Assembly: GCA_001192655.1 (NCBI GenBank)
Contig: BBVC01000010.1
Coordinates: forward strand, 1 to 13,049
Direction: 5' to 3'
From: Caedimonas varicaedens
Lineage (GTDB): Bacteria > Pseudomonadota > Alphaproteobacteria > Caedimonadales > Caedimonadaceae
DNA: 13,049 bases
Within the stretch, counting starts at the first letter, position 1. Each line of letters begins with the position of its first letter. The notes under the pieces are model-generated. The model saw only the letters and a list, made by a program, of their open reading frames with translations, did not search any database and was not told where the DNA came from. The translations under genes were made by a program, and so were the position numbers. This document shows, piece after piece, positions 8,378 through 13,049 of the stretch.

Positions 8378-9760
8378 ATGAAACAAATAAAATATTTTAT
8401 TTATGTTTTTTTATTGCTGGGTGTGCCAAATATTTTTGTATTCGGACAAGTTCTGGCCTCGCAATTCAAGGAAATTAATATAGACGAGACTGGAATATTT
8501 TTTACTCCAAAAAATAAAATTAAACCATTTTTAATTAATAATCATTACATTGCTGCAAATGAAAATGGACTGACAAAAGATGGCGGTTATGGAAAGGTTT
8601 TTTTGTATCAAAAAATCGCAGCAAAAATTTTCAATCCCTTAATTGATCAAAATCATTTAAGAAAATTACAAGAAAACCAAATGAAGATGAAAGCATTATT
8701 GAAGCAGAAAGCATTATCCAATTATAGTCTTTGTTTTCCCAACGATATCGTGAAAGTTAATGTCCATCATAAAAATAATTTCTTTCAACCTACGGACATC
8801 AGCTTTTTACAAATTATGCCTAAAGTTCAGGGGAAAACTCTTGAGAGCGCAGTACACTATTTTAATGAAAACGCAATCCTTGATTTATTTGCTCGATTAG
8901 GCAGTGAATTAGGAAAATTTCAAAAAAAATTTTTGACTAGAAAAGGCAAAGATCTGGAAGTTTATTGTCATCATGATTTCCATCTGAGAAATATCATGAT
9001 AGAGGATAAATCCAATAAGTTTAAAATAATTGATCTTGATTTTCTTGCACCTAATCATCCTTTGGTAGATCCTGTTTTTTTTCTGATGAGATTGTGGCAC
9101 ACAGTAGATGCTGAGAATTATTGGGATCAAAAACTATACGTCGCTGCAAATTTTTTAATACCATATCTCAATCAATTCGATATTAACTTGCGTAAAGAGA
9201 TAGCTAACGATCTACGCAATGGACATAAACATATCTTAGATTGTTACAGAAACAAGAATCAACATTTTCCCTTACCTGCGAGATTAGATGGAAAGGAGGC
9301 GATCTTTAATGATCAATTTGATTTAATGTTAAATGATTTCTGCGGTTATCTTTCCTTACCTCTTCATAAACAAAAAGGGCAAGCAACTCTTGATAAATTA
9401 CCCGCCTTTAAAAAGTATAAAAATTTTCACAGCCAACTGATTAACATGGTTTATGACTTGCATAATGGTGCAGCAAAAAAACAACAACCATTAATTGTAC
9501 CACAACAAAAAGCTGACGCGGCACAAAAGAAACAGGCTCAGGTAGCAGCAGCACAGAGAAAGAAAGCTGACGCGGCACAAAAGAAACAGGCTCAGGTAGC
9601 AGCAGCACAGAGAAAGAAAGCTGACGCGGCACAAAAGAAACAGGCTCAGGTAGCAGCAGCACAGAGAAAGAAAGCTGACGCGGCACAAAAGAAACAGGCT
9701 CAGGTAGCAGCAGCACAGAGAAAGAAAGCTGACGCGGCACAAAAGAACAGGCTCAGGTAG
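8378..9760 (+). CDS. Exported protein-kinase-like fold phosphotransferase (APH/choline-kinase-like) with a C-terminal 18-aa tandem-repeat tail; 3' end truncated by a frameshift inside the repeats
   Basis: I prefer the ATG at 8378 as the start. It is preceded by AAGAGG at 8366-8371 and gives a Sec-type signal peptide, MKQIKYFIYVFLLLGVPNIFVFGQVLA|SQ. The TTG at 8342 in the ORF track is less likely. Kinase-fold motifs appear in the correct order: Gly loop DGGYGKVF, beta3 lysine IAAKIF, hinge-like IMPKVQGKTLE, catalytic loop CHHDFHLRNIMI (HxDxxxxN), the metal-binding Asp in KIIDLDF, then APNHPLVDPVFFL as in IDxExxxxNxxxxD of APH/ChoK enzymes. The tail is (ADAAQKKQAQVAAAQRKK)n. Confidence 0.7.
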   Translation: MKQIKYFIYVFLLLGVPNIFVFGQVLASQFKEINIDETGIFFTPKNKIKPFLINNHYIAANENGLTKDGGYGKVFLYQKIAAKIFNPLIDQNHLRKLQENQMKMKALLKQKALSNYSLCFPNDIVKVNVHHKNNFFQPTDISFLQIMPKVQGKTLESAVHYFNENAILDLFARLGSELGKFQKKFLTRKGKDLEVYCHHDFHLRNIMIEDKSNKFKIIDLDFLAPNHPLVDPVFFLMRLWHTVDAENYWDQKLYVAANFLIPYLNQFDINLRKEIANDLRNGHKHILDCYRNKNQHFPLPARLDGKEAIFNDQFDLMLNDFCGYLSLPLHKQKGQATLDKLPAFKKYKNFHSQLINMVYDLHNGAAKKQQPLIVPQQKADAAQKKQAQVAAAQRKKADAAQKKQAQVAAAQRKKADAAQKKQAQVAAAQRKKADAAQKKQAQVAAAQRKKADAAQKNRLR

Positions 9761-9888
9761 CAGCAGCACAGAGAAAGAAAGCTGACGCGGCACAAAAGAA
9801 ACAGGCTCAGGTAGCAGCAGCACAGAGAAAGAAGGCTGACGCGGCACAAAAGAAACAGGCTCAGGTAGCAGCAGCACAGAGAAAGAAG
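9512..9888 (+). repeat. 54-bp tandem repeat, 7 copies (copies 1-4 identical; copy 5 is 53 bp; copies 6-7 carry one A>G change)
   Basis: The unit is gctgacgcggcacaaaagaaacaggctcaggtagcagcagcacagagaaagaaa. Copies begin at 9512, 9566, 9620, 9674, 9728, 9781 and 9835. Copy 5 reads gaac (9745-9748) where the other copies read gaaac. Confidence 0.95.
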
Positions 9889-9947
9889 GCTAAAAGGTAA
9901 TCTTAACAGAAAGGCAGTCAAATAACGTGCATCAGAAAGAATATTAT

Positions 9948-9977
9948 AAAAAAACCGCACATGCAGTGCGGTTTTTT
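9948..9977. terminator. Bidirectional rho-independent terminator between the convergent kinase-like and OMP genes
   Basis: The layout is A7 (9948-9954), stem ccgcac (9955-9960), loop atgca, stem gtgcgg (9966-9971), then T6 (9972-9977). This gives a U-tract after the hairpin on both strands. Confidence 0.8.
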
Positions 9978-10007
9978 AGAGTGTTGAGGTCGTTTGTTAT
10001 AATTATG

Positions 10008-10661
10008 CTACCATTTGTAACTAGCGCGAGCAAAGATATCTGTCGCTTGTGATTGGAACTTCAAGCTTCCACCATCATCACTAAGTGTAACGGTACGAGC
10101 GTTATAAAAAGTATGAGTTGCCTCTACTCCCAAAATCACATGATCTGTAGCATGAAAAGCTGCGCCTAATCCTAAAGGTATACCTGTACGGCGACCATTA
10201 TTGCTGCCAATATTAGCATCATCGTCTTGCGATGCTGAATATTTGAAGCTAGCCGACTCTACGCCGACGGCACCATAGAACAAAGCATTACCAAAAACAA
10301 ATCCTGGGCGCAGTTTAACACCAAAGGAATTTTTACGTTCCACCTTACGGTTACTCTCGCCAAGACTGTAAGTCTCCTTATTACCGCTGAGGTTACCATA
10401 AGCTTCCAAACCTAGATAAAAACGATTTGGAAAATGCTTGCCGTAGCCTACATGTAAACCACCAATTGCTCCGGTTGCTCCAAATTTATTTTTTTCAGCA
10501 ACATCGTTAACTGTTCCTTTGGCTTCCGTATTGGTTGTCCCTACACCCAATTGCGTGCCGAGATAAAAACCAGAGAAACTGCTGCAATCCCCAGCAATGG
10601 CAGCACTTCCTAAAATGCTTGTAAGAGCTGTTCCCATCAGGGCAAGTTTTAAATTTTTCAT
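10008..10661 (-). CDS. Outer-membrane beta-barrel protein (Omp25/Omp31-like small OMP family) with signal peptide
   Basis: The signal peptide is MKNLKLALMGTALTSILGSAAIA. Amphipathic beta-strand patterns are present (FYLGLEAYG, FVFGNALFYGAVGVE, VILGVEATHTFY) with Gly-rich turns. The C-terminal strand ends in an aromatic residue (ARASYKW), as expected for BAM substrates. An AGGA lies 7 nt upstream of the ATG. Confidence 0.8.
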   Translation of the reverse strand: MKNLKLALMGTALTSILGSAAIAGDCSSFSGFYLGTQLGVGTTNTEAKGTVNDVAEKNKFGATGAIGGLHVGYGKHFPNRFYLGLEAYGNLSGNKETYSLGESNRKVERKNSFGVKLRPGFVFGNALFYGAVGVESASFKYSASQDDDANIGSNNGRRTGIPLGLGAAFHATDHVILGVEATHTFYNARTVTLSDDGGSLKFQSQATDIFARASYKW

Positions 10662-10729
10662 TTTAAAATCCTAAATGTTAAGTTGTTTTCACTACTATCT
10701 TTCATTAAATCATCCTTTTTATAGGCCTG

Positions 10730-10758
10730 ATTTTATCAAAGATAATTTTACGATCCAA
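10730..10758 (-). promoter_or_regulatory. Candidate sigma70-type promoter for the OMP gene
   Basis: On the minus strand, TTGGAT (10758-10753) is followed by a 17-nt spacer and TAAAAT (10735-10730), about 65-70 nt upstream of the ATG at 10661. The surrounding DNA is AT-rich, so such a match could arise by chance. Confidence 0.3.
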
Positions 10759-10917
10759 TATTTTCCTGAGAGCTTCAATATGTGTCATAAAAAAGCATTA
10801 ACATTATGGAAAAGTGTGGCAATTTTACATCTTTATTCTAACGGCATCATTCTGCTATATAAAATATATTAATGTTAGGAATTAGCCTTAATGTTAATGT
10901 CAAAACTACTAATATCT

Positions 10918-10946
10918 AGGCTCCCCCTCAAAAGGGAGCCTTTTTT
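10918..10946 (+). terminator. Intrinsic-terminator-like hairpin oriented for the + strand, immediately 3' of the ihfA stop
   Basis: The stem aggctccc (10918-10925) pairs with gggagcct (10934-10941) and is followed by T6 on the + strand. On the minus strand the hairpin is followed by UAGAUAUUAG, so there is no U-tract. Confidence 0.6.
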
Positions 10947-10947
10947 C

Positions 10948-11241
10948 TTAACTCTTGGCTATTTTGTGCTTGAGCTTTTCTGAAGCTTTGAACGAAACAC
11001 TTTTACGGGGCTTAATGATCACTTCCTGTCCCGTCTTGGGATTGCGTCCCACACGTTTACCCTTGTTAAGAACCATAAACGTGCCAAAGGAGCTTATTTT
11101 TAACTGACCATCTCTCACAAGAGCCTTAATCATGATCTCCAGGATTTTCTCTAAAACTTTTCCGCTGTGATTGTGCGGAATAGCCACCTTTTCTGCAATA
11201 GATTGAGCAATATCTTCCCTGGTGATTGTTTCAATGTTCAT
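10948..11241 (-). CDS. ihfA: Integration host factor alpha subunit (HU/IHF family)
   Basis: The segment LKISSFGTFMVLNKGKRVGRNPKTGQEVIIKPRKSVSFKASEKLKHKI parallels IhfA (E. coli [48 protein letters not shown]). It is closer still to the alphaproteobacterial IhfA pattern KLSSFGTF...[15 protein letters not shown].TFKAS, which I am recalling from memory. Confidence 0.85.
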   Translation of the reverse strand: MNIETITREDIAQSIAEKVAIPHNHSGKVLEKILEIMIKALVRDGQLKISSFGTFMVLNKGKRVGRNPKTGQEVIIKPRKSVSFKASEKLKHKIAKS

Positions 11242-11253
11242 GTCTCTAAACCT

Positions 11254-11538
11254 TTATGAGTTTTTGTTAAGAAGATCGCGCATTTGTTTCCCTGCTTTAA
11301 AAAAGGGAACCTTCTTGGCCTCAACTTTGACATGATCTCCTGTTCGGGGATTACGTCCCAAACGTGCCTTGCGTTGACGAGATATAAAGACCCCAAATCC
11401 CCTAAGTTCAACCCGCTGACCTTTGGCAATTGCAGAGGTAATCTCATGAAGGAGAATCTCAACACTTTTTTCTGCCTGGGCAGGCGTTAAAGATACATTT
11501 GATTGAGTTAATTTTTGAACAAGTTCAGCACGGGTCAT
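11254..11538 (-). CDS. ihfB: Integration host factor beta subunit (HU/IHF family)
   Basis: MTRAELVQKL..., RVELRGFGVF and LGRNPRTGDHVKVEAKKVPFFKAGKQMRD parallel E. coli IhfB MTKSELIERL, IEIRGFGSF and [35 protein letters not shown] RBS lies 5 nt upstream of the ATG. Confidence 0.9.
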   Translation of the reverse strand: MTRAELVQKLTQSNVSLTPAQAEKSVEILLHEITSAIAKGQRVELRGFGVFISRQRKARLGRNPRTGDHVKVEAKKVPFFKAGKQMRDLLNKNS

Positions 11539-11640
11539 GAATACCTCTCTTTACCCTGTTGTTTATACTTCATAAAGCTATCTTTATGAGAATTCTAGAA
11601 AAACATCAATCGTCTTTTAAAAGATTTTTTTAGAAAAGTG

Positions 11641-11649
11641 TGTTATAAA
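11641..11649 (+). promoter_or_regulatory. Candidate extended -10 promoter element (TGtTATAAA)
   Basis: tgttataaa at 11641-11649 matches TGnTATAAT at 8 of its 9 positions. I saw no convincing -35, which is acceptable for an extended -10 promoter. It would place a start site near 11656. Confidence 0.35.
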
Positions 11650-11655
11650 GACAAT

Positions 11656-11775
11656 CTCTGAATGCAACATTCAGAGCAAGGGTTCACAGAATGTATGTTC
11701 TTTAACCCTACGTCTCTCAGGACGTGAAGCCTCCCTGAACCTTAGGCTCCCCTTAAAGGGGAGCCTCTTTTTTTT
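11656..11775 (+). ncRNA. Candidate small RNA (~120 nt), convergent with the recT operon and divergent from ihfB
   Basis: There is no + strand ORF here. The segment has a perfect 9-bp hairpin, ctctgaatg (11656-11664) with cattcagag (11668-11676). A second stem pairs agggtt (11679-11684) with aaccct (11704-11709) and has an inner agaa/ttct pairing. A third stem pairs acgtc (11710-11714) with gacgt (11721-11725). A single-stranded gaagCCUCCCugaacc segment follows, and then a strong terminator. Confidence 0.4.
11744..11775 (+). terminator. Rho-independent terminator, + strand only
   Basis: A 9-bp stem pairs aggctcccc (11744-11752) with ggggagcct (11758-11766) around the loop ttaaa, followed by c and T8 (11768-11775). 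On the minus strand the hairpin is followed by UAAGGUUCAGGG, so there is no U-tract. Confidence 0.75.
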
Positions 11776-11804
11776 ACAAAGTCTTCACACCACAAAGTTC
11801 TTCC

Positions 11805-11945
11805 CTAATAATGAGTTTCGCCTAAAATATCCTCCAGCTGTGCCATGGCACTGAAGAAATAGCCCCACAAGCCCAGATCAAGGAAGGTTTCAAGATCAAC
11901 CAGGATTTGACGAACCTCGTCTCGGGGAATCAGGATCGTTTCCAT
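11805..11945 (-). CDS. Hypothetical 46-aa acidic protein translationally coupled to recT
   Basis: This ORF is below the 60-aa cutoff of the ORF track. It translates as METILIPRDEVRQILVDLETFLDLGLWGYFFSAMAQLEDILGETHY. Its ATG at 11945 is 1 nt after the recT stop (TGAcATG). An AGGGAG RBS lies 6 nt upstream, inside the recT 3' end. Its composition is similar to recT. Confidence 0.45.
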   Translation of the reverse strand: METILIPRDEVRQILVDLETFLDLGLWGYFFSAMAQLEDILGETHY

Positions 11946-11946
11946 G

Positions 11947-12864
11947 TCACACTCCCTTTCCGTTTTGCAAGGCAGGCATCAGCGTTTTCAGATGTTCCAA
12001 CGCGTCCATGCCTTTTTGTTGCTGGTGTTGCCGTTGTTCGTCTAGCCGTTCCCGCATGAGATCAAAAGCCGTTTTAGGCTGATTTTGTGTCTGCACCACT
12101 CCGCCCTTGTTAAACTTTGCCAGATTTTCCACAAACTGCTGAAGCTCCGGGGATCCTTCTTTGGGTCGGGTGAGTGTTTTCTGTATACTTGTGGGCTGTG
12201 GGTCTGCATAACGAATCTCTGTTAACTGTTGCGTTTTATGCAACGCTTCCGTTTCAGACATAGTGGAAGTAGGAAACGAGACAATGTTCGACTCACTTTT
12301 TGATACTGTCTTTGACTTCGCGGAATCAGGATAGTCCATAACTTCTTCCGTACATCCTAGCCCCTGCAAAACATCAGGGAAGACATCCCGCAAGGCAAAG
12401 GCACGGGCGCGCATCTGAAGCATGCGCTTGGGATACAAGACCCAGGGCGTGGGCTTTCCCGAATACCCCACCTTACCCCAAAGTCCTGCCTGTTGAGCGT
12501 CTTTTTGAGAAAATGTGCGGATCTGCTCTTTCTGTCCCTTACGCTTGACCATGCAAATGGCGGTCATGGTATTTTCGTCAAAGTCCTCATCGCAGTCTTC
12601 CCATACGGGAGATTGTTTGCATAAGGCCAGCATGGCATCGCCCCATACAGTGGGGCGTCCGTTAATGACCGCAATGTTAAGCAGGCTGTGTCCCCAAGAA
12701 AGCCCAAGGCTTTGTCCAAACAGAATCGCCACGGCAGCGTCATGGGGTTTGTTCTTCCAGGCGGGAAAGAAATCACTTTTAGAGATAAAGTCTGCCAGCT
12801 TAAACACCTCATCGATGGTTCCCAGAGAAGACCTGTCTATGGGTAAAGTATGGTGTAAATTCAT
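11947..12864 (-). CDS. recT: RecT/Bet-family phage single-strand annealing recombinase
   Basis: VINGRPTVWGDAMLAL and YPKRMLQMRARAFALRDVFPDVLQGLG match my recollection of the RecT-family core (...RML..RA....R..FPD...G). The C-terminal tail is Gln/Glu-rich. An AGGA RBS lies 8 nt upstream of the ATG at 12864. Confidence 0.85.
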   Translation of the reverse strand: MNLHHTLPIDRSSLGTIDEVFKLADFISKSDFFPAWKNKPHDAAVAILFGQSLGLSWGHSLLNIAVINGRPTVWGDAMLALCKQSPVWEDCDEDFDENTMTAICMVKRKGQKEQIRTFSQKDAQQAGLWGKVGYSGKPTPWVLYPKRMLQMRARAFALRDVFPDVLQGLGCTEEVMDYPDSAKSKTVSKSESNIVSFPTSTMSETEALHKTQQLTEIRYADPQPTSIQKTLTRPKEGSPELQQFVENLAKFNKGGVVQTQNQPKTAFDLMRERLDEQRQHQQQKGMDALEHLKTLMPALQNGKGV

Positions 12865-12881
12865 GATTCAATTCCTTTAAG

Positions 12882-13049
12882 TTATAGTTTAAACGTCATG
12901 CGGGCGCTGCCGTCTTTAGCGATCTTGATGCAGACGGCTCCCCCTGTTAGCGCCGGAGGTAAAATGATACAGATCATCGGTTGAATTTTGATACACCCAC
13001 GCATTAACTCCTTTTCAAAGGAGTTTAGGAATAATGATTCAGTGGGAAC
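12882..13049 (-). CDS. Possible small or partial hypothetical ORF upstream of recT (either open to the window edge or a 40-aa ORF from the ATG at 13004)
   Basis: The minus-strand frame is open from 13049 to the TAA at 12884-12882, which lies 17 nt before the recT ATG. An internal ATG at 13004 follows AAGGAG, but the spacer is only 3 nt. I recognise no family in the translation. Confidence 0.25.
   Translation of the reverse strand, partial: VPTESLFLNSFEKELMRGCIKIQPMICIILPPALTGGAVCIKIAKDGSARMTFKL

Noticed and set aside
9512-9888. A possible CRISPR array
   Set aside because: The repeats are contiguous with no unique spacers and have no palindromic repeat structure. They are in frame with the upstream coding sequence, so this is a coding tandem repeat.
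8265-9900. Orphan cdiA-CT/cdiI modules downstream of the immunity gene
   Set aside because: There is no stretch resembling the pretoxin or LEYN-coding sequence and no small toxin-fragment ORF. The space is filled by one kinase-like gene with its own signal peptide.
9441-9960. Minus-strand ORFs 9441-9740, 9491-9877 and 9700-9960 with repetitive LLLPEPVSFVPRQLSFSV and CCCYLSLFLLCRVSF translations
   Set aside because: They are reverse-frame read-through of the 54-bp tandem repeat. Their openness is a by-product of the repeat unit lacking stops in those frames.
10590-10661. The OMP as a lipoprotein, because of a Cys shortly after the signal peptide (AIAGDC)
   Set aside because: The residues before the Cys (A-G-D) do not fit a lipobox [LVI][ASTVI][GAS]C. 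Signal peptidase I cleavage after AIA is more likely.
10675-10872. The 65-aa + strand ORF in the OMP upstream region
   Set aside because: It lies in AT-rich intergenic DNA and has no RBS. Its translation is hydrophobic and low-complexity, as is typical of AT-rich noise, and it overlaps the likely OMP promoter.
11238-11490. ORFs 11238-11465 (-) and 11284-11490 (+) overlapping ihfB
   Set aside because: They are alternative frames of a gene whose annotated frame gives an unmistakable IhfB sequence.
11656-11775. A tRNA, a tmRNA piece or a tRNA-derived att fragment next to the phage-like genes
   Set aside because: I could not fold a cloverleaf. The GGTTCACAG segment lacks a complementary T-stem, there is no acceptor/CCA-type end, and no tag-peptide reading frame ends in Ala-Ala. 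A novel sRNA is the simpler reading.
12515-12880. ORFs 12515-12880 (+) and 12564-12812 (-) overlapping recT
   Set aside because: They are shadow frames inside the RecT-family ORF and have no independent signals.
13005-13026. The hairpin aactcc-ttttcaaa-ggagtt near the window end as a terminator or a third copy of the GC-rich hairpin family
   Set aside because: It has only 6 bp and no T-tract on either strand. It overlaps the AAGGAG of a possible RBS, and its sequence only loosely resembles the TAGGCTCCCC hairpins.

Overview
This is a mosaic, accessory-looking region. It is probably alphaproteobacterial, because the IhfA, IhfB and Omp25-like sequences have that flavour (inference only). (1) nt 1-7787 (+) holds the 3' ~7.8 kb of a giant TpsA/filamentous-haemagglutinin-family gene with CdiA architecture: FHA-type beta-helix repeats, a Tyr/Pro-rich centre containing an internal domain duplication, a second repeat block, a Gly/Ala-rich pretoxin stretch, an N-A-L-E-Y-N boundary in place of VENN, and a divergent 269-aa C-terminal toxin region. 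The frame is open to the window edge, so the N-terminus and any cdiB lie off-window. (2) nt 7791-8264 (+) is a very AT-rich 157-aa ORF starting 3 nt after the cdiA stop, in the position of a CdiI immunity gene. (3) nt 8378-9760 (+) is an AT-rich gene for a signal-peptide-bearing protein-kinase-like (APH/ChoK-type) phosphotransferase. Its C-terminus is built from near-perfect 54-bp (18-aa) tandem repeats. A 1-nt deletion in repeat 5 shifts the frame, and the ancestral ORF would end at 9900. (4) A bidirectional terminator lies at 9948-9977. (5) On the minus strand are an Omp25-like beta-barrel OMP (10008-10661), an unusual adjacent ihfB-ihfA pair (11254-11538 and 10948-11241), a RecT-family recombinase (11947-12864) with a translationally coupled 46-aa micro-ORF (11805-11945), and a possible further small ORF running to the window edge. 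(6) Two near-identical GC-rich hairpin terminators face the + strand, opposite to all neighbouring genes, and bracket the ihf pair. The one at 11744-11775 closes a ~120-nt structured segment behind an extended -10 element, which is a candidate sRNA. The most interesting item is the AT-rich cdiA-CT / immunity / exported-kinase block (about 7300-9900). I saw no terminator inside it and I cannot place its toxin domain in a characterised family.
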